From Marine Group II euryarchaeote MED-G34 (GTDB lineage: Archaea; Thermoplasmatota; Poseidoniia; Poseidoniales; Thalassarchaeaceae), in contig NTJT01000001.1 of the NCBI GenBank assembly GCA_002457605.1, positions 15,269 to 79,268 of the forward strand: 64,000 bases of DNA, in the 5' to 3' direction. Each line of letters begins with the position of its first letter. Within the stretch, counting starts at the first letter, position 1. The position numbers and the translations under genes are program-made. Below are positions 36,672 to 46,244 of the stretch, in pieces. A model generated the notes under the pieces. It saw nothing but the letters and a program-made list of their open reading frames with translations. It ran no database searches and had not been told where the DNA came from.

Positions 36672-39600
36672 ATGGGCAACACTGGTATCCGGTTGGTCTC
36701 TAGGGCGCCGAGGGCGAACAATTCGCATACCCTGCTGATGGCCTTGCTGTTCTTGCTCCCTATCCTTTCACCCTTCTCTGCGGTGAGCGGCGAGGCGAGA
36801 ATAGAATCTCAGGACTTCGAGGTACTTGACCAACTGTCCGAAGTACTAGAGGAGCGCCAAGAGATGTTGGACAGTAACTCCGTAGCGCAGTTGGCCCAAC
36901 CAATCATCGAAGGAATAGGTAACTCGGTAGTGCCTACTGGGCCATCTGACCCTCTCGCCAATGTGGATGGATCAATAGATGGAGTGAGTATGGTGACGAC
37001 TACTCCTCCACAACCACAGCATCCTGGCCCCTACAATCTGCTGTTGGACCCCAGTAGCAGTTCTCCCGGCCAAGTCGATAACATCTGGCAGACTCTGGTA
37101 AATCTGACCGACTATGTGATTTGGACAGAGTACATCGACCTCGATGGGAACACAATCCAGAGCTTTGAGGTGGTGACATTCTCAGCCAATCTACTGTCTC
37201 TATTCGACATCAACTCCGAACCTCTTCTGCACGAGATTGACGTCGACAACGACGGGGATGATGACATCGAAGTTGGACTGAAGATTGCCTGGGAGTTCCT
37301 CGGCGGATGGGGGGTGGAAGGGGGAGTGCTTTGGATTGAGCCCGGCATTTCGTACTCGGTCAAGGTACTCGACTCTAGCCAGAATGATCTAGATTGGAAT
37401 ATGATGGACTCGCTGCAAGTATCACTAATCAAGGCATTTGCATATTCCGGGCAGGACTCCATACTGGCCCTCGGAGACGGTGAAACCTACATTTGGGTTG
37501 TCGACTCAAGGTTCACCGCCCAACCGGATGACTTCACTCTCCGAGTAGGAATAGAGAGATTCTATTTCGATATCTCTGGAGCCAGTTCCGATCTAGTATT
37601 CACTCTCATACAGGCACTCACGTTAGGACTAATCAATCAAGGGGCGGATGAGTCCGGAATCACTTTCGCTGCGATTGCCGCACCATACGCGATCGAGTTC
37701 AGGAACCCTGGTGGACGTGACTGCCCGGACCGGTATTCTCCTGACGAGATGCTCTTCGCTACTTACACGGAGCTGAATTGCGGAGTCTCGGCGGGCTTCG
37801 GATACTTACACTTCTCTCCACCCGATGAAAGTGGCGATAGAGACCTCTGGGAACTGGCATACATAGAACTCTCATTCCATCCCAATAAGCAAGCCGTGGT
37901 CATTCCCGAGGAGGCTGACGTAGTCATTAGGACAGATAGCGTTCTGCCCGAGAATAGCATCGTCGACGGTGAGAGGGGACTGACCACAATCGAGTATTGG
38001 GCAGACGAGAGAACCGACTTACATATCCACTTCCACGAGAACAGATCGGAACTCCCTCCTGAGGAATCCAGCGATGGAGGTAGAGGTAATGTGACCGACT
38101 CCGTAGGATGGCTGAGAGGGTTGCCTAAAGGGTCCTTGTCGGAAGGAGAGATAGAGCGCGTTTTCCGTATGCTTGGCTCTGATGGCTCGCGTTCCCAACT
38201 CCCAGGTGAACTCCCACAGAGGCTTGGCTTTATCATCGGAATCAAGAACTTCTCCAGAGACAACAGTGAGAATGTCGACGACCCCACTCTACCGGTAAAT
38301 CCAGCAAACCCTCCTAAGACCCTGATTCTCATACGGTCGGTGCAATCGATAGAGGAACTCAACTATGACTCGTGGTTCATCAGAGAGGGTGCTGCAGAAG
38401 ACCACAGAAAGATACACATCAGAGCGAAAGACCTGCCGACGGCACTGGTTCTCTACGGATCTTTCGAGCTTAGCAGCGGGAGCTCAAGTGAGAGTGGACT
38501 TGACTCAGAAGACAGCCTCGACTTCGTATCGAAGATTGTGGATAATGTCCTAATCAACATAGTCGATTTGTTCTTGGACATAGGAACCATCCTGAATGAC
38601 GTCCCTTCAGCCGTGGTGGATGTAATCAGCGGTGGTGTTGATGGGACCAGTGGCCTCGCGGGCAGGACAGTCCACCTACTTCTTACAGACAACTGGCTAG
38701 TCACCAGATCTGACATGCCGTTAACCAGCCTTTCAATTCAGATAGGTTCGAGTGACCATCCAACTGATTCAGGCGACCATCTGATGCTGGCAAAAGACAG
38801 GGGACTTGGTTTAGTTCAAGGCAGGAACGGACCAATCGAACCCCTAGCGCCAGTAGCGGCTAGCATCGGGTTCAGCGGCCTCATTGCATTCTCTCTAATC
38901 GACGACAACGAGTTGGATGAACAGGTCGTGATACTACGCACCGCATCTGATGAGAGATTCTCATTCACCTACATTGATTATCATTCAAAAACTCTCGAAG
39001 GAGCCTCCTTTGAGGCTCTGACACTCAGTGACATCCCTGACAATCTCTCCATACAAGTATCAGCAAGCGGAATGGAATACCTCGCTTCGTCCGGTATCGA
39101 GTCGATTACCTACGCGGGTATGGACGGCACTCAGCGTCAGGCAGCTACCATTATCGGTGTGCCCGACTCATTCAGCACCACATCAGGCTTCGTCACTGGA
39201 TGGTCATCCTCCACTCCTATCTCATCGATTGAGGCGCAGATTAGCAATTCAACTGACCCTGTCAGATTGACGGGTGACCACTTCCTCTTCCATCATGATC
39301 AGATAACTGGAGCTTCAACAATCTCAACTAGGTTGACCGGGCTCAGCGAAGTTAGTTGGACGGAGCCTTCTGTGGAGGGAGCCTCGGGTCCTGCTGGCCG
39401 GGGAACCGCTCAGATATCGGCGTCAGGCGACCGAGCCCTGAGTATCAACGTCGACCATGCTCCGACTGTGGGGGGTGACTCACTCTCAGTGATTGCCTCA
39501 ATTGACCCACTCCCATCTACTGTCAGAATCCAGATACCGACAGGATCCGACTCAGGAGCCAGTCTCGATGTGCCTGAATTCAACACCTCAAATGGCCTCT

Positions 39601-41057
39601 CTGGAGTAGCTTTCTTCATCAGCGGTTTCGCCGACCTCGGCAGGTCGGTAAACAGCGTCCTATCAGGCATCACCTCAGACATCTCGACCAGCTCGGAGTC
39701 CGAAGAAGACTTCTCCTTCGGCCTCCAGTTGGAGGCCGACTCAACATTCGACTTGACCGTAGAGGCTGTGCATGGCGACGGTTCGCTCAGGGTACCCACT
39801 TGGGTCCATGGGGTCGCCTTTCAGGCATCTCCCTCCGGAATCGCTGATGGCTTCCACTTGAGGATATGGCTACCCGAACTCCCTCCATTAATTGACTTCT
39901 CGATTACTAGGCAGAACAAGGTCAACGGCCAGAACTGGGGTATCAGTGTGGGCCTTGAAGGCTGGGTGCCGGCACATAGCGAACTCATGGTCCAGATTTA
40001 CGGAATCAACGGTCAGGACTTGCTACTGACCCTTCAGGGTCTGACGGTCGGAGCATCTACTAATCTCGGACTCGATGCGGTATTTGAAATCAAATCGGTC
40101 GGTGAAATTACCGAGGTCACAACCTCGACCCACTATGTTCTCTCTGAGAGGTTGGACTGGGTCCACGTCCTTCTAATCAACAGAGAGGCGGGAAGCAGGA
40201 CCGAGGTGATGATTCAGGACATCCCGGAGACCGTTGATTTGCAAGCTAGCATAGGCACGGCGATATCCATTGACATGACCGTTCCCGAACAGTACAGGCG
40301 CGACGGCTCCTCAGTCGGTTCCATCATGATGCAGCAGATGCAGTGGCTGGATTCAGCATGGTGGCCTGCAACGATATTCCTGACCGACGTTCCCGGCTGG
40401 ATTAACCTGACGACAGCCCCCTCGCTTGAGTTCGACATAACTCAAAATCTGGCTTTCCAAGGAACCCCGACGCTTGACTTCAGGGCTTCCGAAGAGGGCA
40501 TGTCATTGTACATAGAGGTCTTTGGTAGGGCGATAAACAAGAGAGGAGACACAATCTTACTAGCTGAGGGAATGACCGATTTCATGTCAATTAGTACCAC
40601 CAAGACATTCGGTCTCTCCATCAGATCAGGTGGCGTTGGGGTCGAACGTCTGTACATCAGGATGAGCAACGTTCCAGTCACACCTCCATTGGTTCTTGAG
40701 GAGATGGAGGCGTTGGGTGAGAACCTACAGCGGGCCACGGTCAACATCAGGGAGCTAGTGGGTCCGTACAGCATCATTGAGATTGATGACGTTCAGGGTG
40801 AGAGAATCATCGTCTCGGCCCGTGCCTCAGCCGACATTGAGGGCAACGAATTCGATCTCAGAGGCGTCCTCCTCGACGCTCAGATTACCGATGGTATTCC
40901 AACCGGTACAACTCTGGGAGTCAATGGAATAGCCTCTGATCTCTCATTGCTCAACATGGTTCCAGGAATGAGCGGCTCGACCAAGCATGTGATGGTCGTA
41001 GAGCCATTCTCATCTGCGATTCTTACGATACTTGCGACGTTCATGGGAGGTGATTAA
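36672..41057 (+). CDS. Giant (1461 aa) secreted protein of unknown function with an N-terminal signal peptide and no obvious membrane anchor
   Basis: An ATG preceded by GGAGGTG. Signal-like N-terminus (LLMALLFLLPILSPFSAVSG). It is Ser/Asp/Gly-rich, with no recognisable catalytic motif and no C-terminal TM helix. Confidence 0.6.
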   Translation: MGNTGIRLVSRAPRANNSHTLLMALLFLLPILSPFSAVSGEARIESQDFEVLDQLSEVLEERQEMLDSNSVAQLAQPIIEGIGNSVVPTGPSDPLANVDGSIDGVSMVTTTPPQPQHPGPYNLLLDPSSSSPGQVDNIWQTLVNLTDYVIWTEYIDLDGNTIQSFEVVTFSANLLSLFDINSEPLLHEIDVDNDGDDDIEVGLKIAWEFLGGWGVEGGVLWIEPGISYSVKVLDSSQNDLDWNMMDSLQVSLIKAFAYSGQDSILALGDGETYIWVVDSRFTAQPDDFTLRVGIERFYFDISGASSDLVFTLIQALTLGLINQGADESGITFAAIAAPYAIEFRNPGGRDCPDRYSPDEMLFATYTELNCGVSAGFGYLHFSPPDESGDRDLWELAYIELSFHPNKQAVVIPEEADVVIRTDSVLPENSIVDGERGLTTIEYWADERTDLHIHFHENRSELPPEESSDGGRGNVTDSVGWLRGLPKGSLSEGEIERVFRMLGSDGSRSQLPGELPQRLGFIIGIKNFSRDNSENVDDPTLPVNPANPPKTLILIRSVQSIEELNYDSWFIREGAAEDHRKIHIRAKDLPTALVLYGSFELSSGSSSESGLDSEDSLDFVSKIVDNVLINIVDLFLDIGTILNDVPSAVVDVISGGVDGTSGLAGRTVHLLLTDNWLVTRSDMPLTSLSIQIGSSDHPTDSGDHLMLAKDRGLGLVQGRNGPIEPLAPVAASIGFSGLIAFSLIDDNELDEQVVILRTASDERFSFTYIDYHSKTLEGASFEALTLSDIPDNLSIQVSASGMEYLASSGIESITYAGMDGTQRQAATIIGVPDSFSTTSGFVTGWSSSTPISSIEAQISNSTDPVRLTGDHFLFHHDQITGASTISTRLTGLSEVSWTEPSVEGASGPAGRGTAQISASGDRALSINVDHAPTVGGDSLSVIASIDPLPSTVRIQIPTGSDSGASLDVPEFNTSNGLSGVAFFISGFADLGRSVNSVLSGITSDISTSSESEEDFSFGLQLEADSTFDLTVEAVHGDGSLRVPTWVHGVAFQASPSGIADGFHLRIWLPELPPLIDFSITRQNKVNGQNWGISVGLEGWVPAHSELMVQIYGINGQDLLLTLQGLTVGASTNLGLDAVFEIKSVGEITEVTTSTHYVLSERLDWVHVLLINREAGSRTEVMIQDIPETVDLQASIGTAISIDMTVPEQYRRDGSSVGSIMMQQMQWLDSAWWPATIFLTDVPGWINLTTAPSLEFDITQNLAFQGTPTLDFRASEEGMSLYIEVFGRAINKRGDTILLAEGMTDFMSISTTKTFGLSIRSGGVGVERLYIRMSNVPVTPPLVLEEMEALGENLQRATVNIRELVGPYSIIEIDDVQGERIIVSARASADIEGNEFDLRGVLLDAQITDGIPTGTTLGVNGIASDLSLLNMVPGMSGSTKHVMVVEPFSSAILTILATFMGGD

Positions 41058-41058
41058 A

Positions 41059-41613
41059 ATGGGACTGCTAGAGAAGCTAAGGAGTGAGGACGAGGAGGCT
41101 GACACCCAGATTGCCCACGAGGTGTTAGAGCGAATCGAGGAGGAAGCTAGGAGACACATCTCACCGACTCGAGTGATTTTCGCCTCTGTGGCAGTCATGC
41201 TTCTGCTCGTTGCGAGCCTGTTTGTATTGACCTGGATTGTTCCATACGACCGTGTAAGTGTAGACGTGGTGTATAGACAAGGGGGCCCTGGCCACGTAGT
41301 TCTGGTCGAACTCGACAACGATGGCAGCCGTACCATCGAAGACATCGATCTGCAGGTTAGATTCATCGACTCAGAAGGAATAGAGATTTCTCGATCATCA
41401 TTTCTCAGGGACAACCTACCGGCTCACTCGTCGGTTTCAGGGGACGACATGGAACTACTGGTTGACGGCGCCTCAGTGTGGGAGAATTACACCATCGAAA
41501 TTCTGCTCTACTACGACTCCTACGCTGGCCAGAGGAGTGAGAGATGGACTCACAATGTGGGAGAGTGGACAATGGAGATATTCTCTGACAAGTCGCAGTA
41601 CCGATTCCTGTAG
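41059..41613 (+). CDS. Single-pass (type II) membrane protein with a 120-aa extracytoplasmic beta-rich domain
   Basis: ATG at 41059, 1 nt after the upstream stop (the ORF-track start at 41032 was rejected). Acidic N-terminus, TM helix VIFASVAVMLLLVASLFVLTWIV, then the domain. Confidence 0.5.
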   Translation: MGLLEKLRSEDEEADTQIAHEVLERIEEEARRHISPTRVIFASVAVMLLLVASLFVLTWIVPYDRVSVDVVYRQGGPGHVVLVELDNDGSRTIEDIDLQVRFIDSEGIEISRSSFLRDNLPAHSSVSGDDMELLVDGASVWENYTIEILLYYDSYAGQRSERWTHNVGEWTMEIFSDKSQYRFL

Positions 41614-41632
41614 TGTCCAATCATGACTTTTC

Positions 41633-41651
41633 ATGGGTTCGTAGAACCCAT
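41633..41651 (+). terminator. Hairpin ATGGGTTC-GTA-GAACCCAT (8-bp stem, 3-nt loop) between the 41059 gene and the subtilase gene
   Basis: Read directly from the sequence. It lies 20 nt after the stop at 41613. Confidence 0.35.
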
Positions 41652-41684
41652 ACGCTCAAATTGAGGAGGACGAGGCGATAGCCG

Positions 41685-44600
41685 ATGACAAAGCGCTTAG
41701 TGACACTGATGATGACAATTCTTCTGTTGTCCTACGCCCCTATTCTCGATCAGTCGCCTACTGAGGGAAATACCACTGTGGAATCCTTGGATCGCGTGGT
41801 CGAGAAAGTGGAAATTTCTCCTGACCCAAACAGCATTCAAGACCTCGGCGCCCCACAAATCTACTCTGGCTTCGAAGATTTCCGGGCGACAAGAGCCGAC
41901 TCCACCATTGGCGTCTACACTCAAGCAGGATTACTCCCCTCAGTTCAGATGAGCGTCGAGTTGGCTAATCCACGAAACGACCTCGCAATAGTTCTCATCG
42001 ATGGCGAAGTTGGCCTCTGGGAGGCGAGGCAGGCCCTACTCGAAGCAGCTGATGTTGAAGTCAGGTCTACCATTCCTCCCTCTGGATTCCTAGTGCAGGC
42101 TACACCCGAAAGTATCTCCGCACTTTCTCAAATCAAAGAGGTTGAAGCCGTACACGAAGTCCCAGCCGGCCTTCTGGTTCACCCTGATTTGAGAATGGCT
42201 AACGGGGACCAAACACTCCTCGTCGAAGTACTTGGTTGGAAGAACTCGGACCTAGTCCGACAAGACCAACCAGGTATGGGTTTCGAGGATTCTTTGAACA
42301 TCGCCGCATCACTCTGGATGGAGGAGGCGTGGTCACCAGAGGAGGGTAGAATGTGGGGTATGATATCACCTAGTGAAGTGGCTGATTTAGCCAGACATTC
42401 TTCTGTCGCTTATGTCGCCCCTATGCCCCTTCTAGTTCTGCATAACGACCAAGCTAGGGTCCACATGGGAATCAACTCAGTTGAGACCACCTTCATCACT
42501 GGATTGAATGGTAGCGGGCAGAAGATTGCTGTGGGTGATTCCGGCCTCGACGACGACCACGGAGACTTCACAGGACGAATCGCCGGCCTGACTTCGGTCA
42601 CCCCTGGAGATTCATCGACAGCAGATCTCTCAGACGGGCACGGCACTCATGTTGCTTGCACAGTGTTGGGTGACGGATTTCGTAGCAGTGGCACCTACCA
42701 GGGAATAGCACCCGAGGCCCAAGTTTACTTCCAGGCTATGGAGGACGACGATACTGGACAGTTGTACAGTTACGGCATCAATAGTATGTTGAATTCTGCT
42801 TACAATAACGGCGCCCGATTGCACACAAACAGTTGGGGCGCTGGTAGTGGAGGCGGCAGTTATTCGACCCAATCAGAGGATGCGGACTCCCGCACCTCGA
42901 CATGGGATCAATACTGGTCTTATCAGGGTATGACCGTGCTGTTCGCAGCCGGCAACGAGAGGAACGAAGGAGTCTCACCACCTGGGACTGCAAAGAACGT
43001 CATCACTGTCGGCGGACACAAGAATCGATACAGCGGTGCTCCTGATGAGATGTACTACTGGAGCAGCCGTGGTCCGACTGATGATGGGAGAATCAAACCA
43101 GACCTAGTCGCCCCCGGGGACTACGTCAGGTCGTGCAAATCGCAGGAGGCGGACAGCGCTCAGGGTTCATGGAGTAACAACTGGTACCTCGAGTATAGTG
43201 GCACCTCGATGTCCACCCCAGCTGCTGCCGGAGCGTCTGTCCTAGTCAGAGAGTACCTGATGGAGGTGATTGGTAGGCAGGCGCCACAAGGCGCCCTAAT
43301 CAAGGGACTTCTGATACTCGGTGCTCAGGATATGGGTACTCGGGATATACCCAACAACGATGAGGGGTGGGGCCGACTGAATCTCGTCGAGTCGCTGATT
43401 CCAGACAGTGATGTTGGTATCTTCGTCGACGACCGCTCCCGACTCTCTAGTGGACAGACGAGCGAGTACTCCTTCGATATCACCCGTGCGGGCGAGCCGA
43501 TGAAGGTGGTACTGACTTGGTCTGACTATCCTGGCTCATCTTCTTCTTCGACTCAACTTAGGAACGACCTCGACCTTGAGGTCATATCTCCCAACGGACA
43601 GATTACGTACAAAGGCAACGCCTTCGTAAACGGACGATCAGTCAATGGCGGGACCAAGGACTCCACCAATAACGTCGAGGTTGTGCTAATCGACAACGCA
43701 GCCACGGGAACGTGGACTGTGCGCGTGCGCGACGCCCAGCATGGCGGTAGCCGGACTTGGCAGCCATACGCTCTCGCTGTTCGCGGCGTCAATGTCAATG
43801 ATTTGAGTCCAGATCCAACCTTTGTCCAGAACTCATTTGAGATTTCATCCCCTATTCCTCAAGTCGGAGAGGAGGTCGATGTTTCCGTCATCATTCAGAA
43901 CCAAGGTGCCGGTTCGGTCGCCGACCTCTCGGTCATCGCCCGAGCCGACAGCAATCTGCTTGGCACCCATCAGTTGAGTATGTCTCCTGGGGAATCGGCA
44001 GTACTCGAGTGGAACTGGACGCCGACACAAGAGGGAGATGTGGAGTTCACATTCCACATAGATCCGAGTGATACAGTAGAGGAAGTCTCAGAGACTAACA
44101 ATTACCTCACTCATACTGTCATTGTCAGCGCACCAGGGGTCAGGGTGTCCTCAGAACAGGAAACCGTCACTCTCGGTGATGCGACAGACAGTTCGACCAC
44201 TTGGCAACTCTCACTGATGAATACCGCTCTGTTCGAGACCAACGCTACAATAGAGGTCAGTGACCCTGTTCGGATGCAGGATGGAGTGCAATACGATTGG
44301 TTCACGTCGTTTACCTCAAACACCTTCAATCTCGAGGCAGCCGAAACTGAATTAGTCAGTCTGACTATGGTGCATCCCGCACCCCCTCCCCCTGGACTCT
44401 ACAGTATGGTGGTTACTGGTACAGACGTTGAGAATAGCGTCACCTCAGAGCTGGTGATATTCTTCGACGTGCCAGTGCTGGCTGGAGCTGAAATTGTGAT
44501 GCCAGGGGAGCAGTTCCTCGTGAGTCCGCTTGAGTCCACAGAACTGCAGATACTGGTCTTCAACGAGGGCAACGGCGCTCAGGCCTATGATGTGGAACTG

Positions 44601-46178
44601 GTATCCCCCGCGGGCTGGCATCTCGGATTCGACACGCTTGGCGCCTTCGCTGGATCTTCACACGGTTCGACCGGGACCATGGCTAGGGACGCTGGACGAA
44701 CAGTCGACATCACAATCAATCCTCCAGGTGCTATGATTCCTGCAGGATCCGTTTTTGATGCTGCGATAATCATCCACTCACGAGTCAGTTCCGACTCTTG
44801 GAGCGAGGACATTTCACTTGTGGTCAAGGCGATAGACGAGGTCAGTACTACACCTTCATCCGACGGAGCAGAGCACGACATCTCTCCCGACGCACTACTG
44901 GAAATCGAGGTGGATCTCAGCAATCTGGGAAATCGGATGCTGGACCTACAGCCGTATGTGCGCAACATCCCTGGAGGATGGACTGTATCAGGAGGGCTGG
45001 ACACCATCAGCATCCCCGCGGGAGAATCTGGTGTTTGGTCTGTGGCTCTACAGGGCAACGGAGTAGCTGTTAGTGGGGATTTCGAACTCAGATTCGCTAC
45101 TGATGATGGCTTTTACATAGACTGGAACCGAACTCTAAACGTCCTTTCAGGAGCAATTCCCTCTCTGAGTTTCCACATGGTCGCTCTGCCCGATGGAACC
45201 GTCTCAGACTATCCACTTGGAGTTGGATCTCACCCAGTTGGTGAGCCCGGCTTCGACCTTGCTTGGACAGTTACCAATCAAGGCTCTACCACATGGCGAC
45301 CTACTACTTACCTCGAGGTTCCTGACGATGATTGGTCATCGAGTTGTTCCGCTCCCTCTACGCTTTCAGCAGGCGCCTCATCCACAGTTTGGTGCACTGT
45401 AGTAATACCTCTGTCAGCCGAGGCCTTATCCGAACCCATCATCACACTAGTTATGCAAGGTGAAGGCGTTGAGGTGAGCGATTCGATATCACTACTGGTT
45501 GAGTCTGTTGCTAGAGTGAGTTGGACTTTGAACAATCAACCTACAGGGCATGAGGGCTACCCGACTACACTGTACATCGATTTACAGAACACCGGCAATT
45601 CGGAGATATCTCACATTCTCCAAGTATCTGGTCCTGAGGGTTGGGCCCCTCTAATTCTCGATGGAGTAGTGGTTAACTTGAGACCCGGAGAGACCCGGAG
45701 TCTTGATGTCGGATTCACTCCTAATTCTGGGAGCGATGGGATTCTAGTGGTCGAATTGGCCGATGCCGATGACGTCGAAGATTTCTCATTCAGCATGGAA
45801 ATCGACGTACTTCCGGCTGCTAAGGTGCAAGGAACATCAATTCTAGAGACACTAATGATTGCAGTTTTGGTACTCGCGCTGGTCGGTGGTGGCCTCTATG
45901 TTTACTCCCGTAGGGGAAAAGACTCCTCAAGTCTGATTCAAACTGAAGCACTGAGTAAGATAGCCGATAGTTTCGGGTTGGGTGAGAAGGAGATAGTAGA
46001 GAGCAGTGGAGTCCCCTGCTGGATTTGTAGTCAGGACATCACATTAGAGGCGGCATGGGCCTGTTCCGAGTGCGGTGCTAGATATCACAGGGCAGGTCAG
46101 GTGCAGGGCTGCGACGTCCTCTCCATGGGCAACTGCCTGCACTGCGACGCCCCTTCCGAAGATCTCGTTGAAGTGTGA
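41685..46178 (+). CDS. Membrane-anchored S8 (subtilisin-like) serine protease. Its ectodomain (about 1350 aa) carries multiple CARDB/COG1361-like repeats, followed by a TM helix and a cytoplasmic tail ending in Cys-rich zinc-ribbon motifs.
   Basis: Catalytic triad blocks VGDSGLDDDHGDF (Asp), DGHGTHVACTVLG (His) and GTSMSTPAAAGASVLVREY (Ser). Repeats of the x-V-x-N-x-G-N/S type (IIQNQGAGSVADLSV, ILVFNEGNGAQAYDV, WTVTNQGSTTW, IDLQNTGNSEISHIL). TM helix TLMIAVLVLALVGGGLYVY. Tail CWICSQD...CSECG...GCDVLSMGNCLHCD. Confidence 0.8.
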   Translation: MTKRLVTLMMTILLLSYAPILDQSPTEGNTTVESLDRVVEKVEISPDPNSIQDLGAPQIYSGFEDFRATRADSTIGVYTQAGLLPSVQMSVELANPRNDLAIVLIDGEVGLWEARQALLEAADVEVRSTIPPSGFLVQATPESISALSQIKEVEAVHEVPAGLLVHPDLRMANGDQTLLVEVLGWKNSDLVRQDQPGMGFEDSLNIAASLWMEEAWSPEEGRMWGMISPSEVADLARHSSVAYVAPMPLLVLHNDQARVHMGINSVETTFITGLNGSGQKIAVGDSGLDDDHGDFTGRIAGLTSVTPGDSSTADLSDGHGTHVACTVLGDGFRSSGTYQGIAPEAQVYFQAMEDDDTGQLYSYGINSMLNSAYNNGARLHTNSWGAGSGGGSYSTQSEDADSRTSTWDQYWSYQGMTVLFAAGNERNEGVSPPGTAKNVITVGGHKNRYSGAPDEMYYWSSRGPTDDGRIKPDLVAPGDYVRSCKSQEADSAQGSWSNNWYLEYSGTSMSTPAAAGASVLVREYLMEVIGRQAPQGALIKGLLILGAQDMGTRDIPNNDEGWGRLNLVESLIPDSDVGIFVDDRSRLSSGQTSEYSFDITRAGEPMKVVLTWSDYPGSSSSSTQLRNDLDLEVISPNGQITYKGNAFVNGRSVNGGTKDSTNNVEVVLIDNAATGTWTVRVRDAQHGGSRTWQPYALAVRGVNVNDLSPDPTFVQNSFEISSPIPQVGEEVDVSVIIQNQGAGSVADLSVIARADSNLLGTHQLSMSPGESAVLEWNWTPTQEGDVEFTFHIDPSDTVEEVSETNNYLTHTVIVSAPGVRVSSEQETVTLGDATDSSTTWQLSLMNTALFETNATIEVSDPVRMQDGVQYDWFTSFTSNTFNLEAAETELVSLTMVHPAPPPPGLYSMVVTGTDVENSVTSELVIFFDVPVLAGAEIVMPGEQFLVSPLESTELQILVFNEGNGAQAYDVELVSPAGWHLGFDTLGAFAGSSHGSTGTMARDAGRTVDITINPPGAMIPAGSVFDAAIIIHSRVSSDSWSEDISLVVKAIDEVSTTPSSDGAEHDISPDALLEIEVDLSNLGNRMLDLQPYVRNIPGGWTVSGGLDTISIPAGESGVWSVALQGNGVAVSGDFELRFATDDGFYIDWNRTLNVLSGAIPSLSFHMVALPDGTVSDYPLGVGSHPVGEPGFDLAWTVTNQGSTTWRPTTYLEVPDDDWSSSCSAPSTLSAGASSTVWCTVVIPLSAEALSEPIITLVMQGEGVEVSDSISLLVESVARVSWTLNNQPTGHEGYPTTLYIDLQNTGNSEISHILQVSGPEGWAPLILDGVVVNLRPGETRSLDVGFTPNSGSDGILVVELADADDVEDFSFSMEIDVLPAAKVQGTSILETLMIAVLVLALVGGGLYVYSRRGKDSSSLIQTEALSKIADSFGLGEKEIVESSGVPCWICSQDITLEAAWACSECGARYHRAGQVQGCDVLSMGNCLHCDAPSEDLVEV

Positions 46179-46184
46179 ATTTAC

Positions 46185-46203
46185 CGCGACCCAAGGGGTC
46201 GCG
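46185..46203 (+). terminator. GC-rich hairpin CGCGACCC-AAG-GGGTCGCG (8-bp stem, 3-nt loop) 7 nt after the subtilase stop
   Basis: Read directly from the sequence. No T-tract follows. Confidence 0.4.
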
Positions 46204-46244
46204 TCGCCCGAAGTCCTTAGAGGGACGGTTATGTCGGGGTGCCG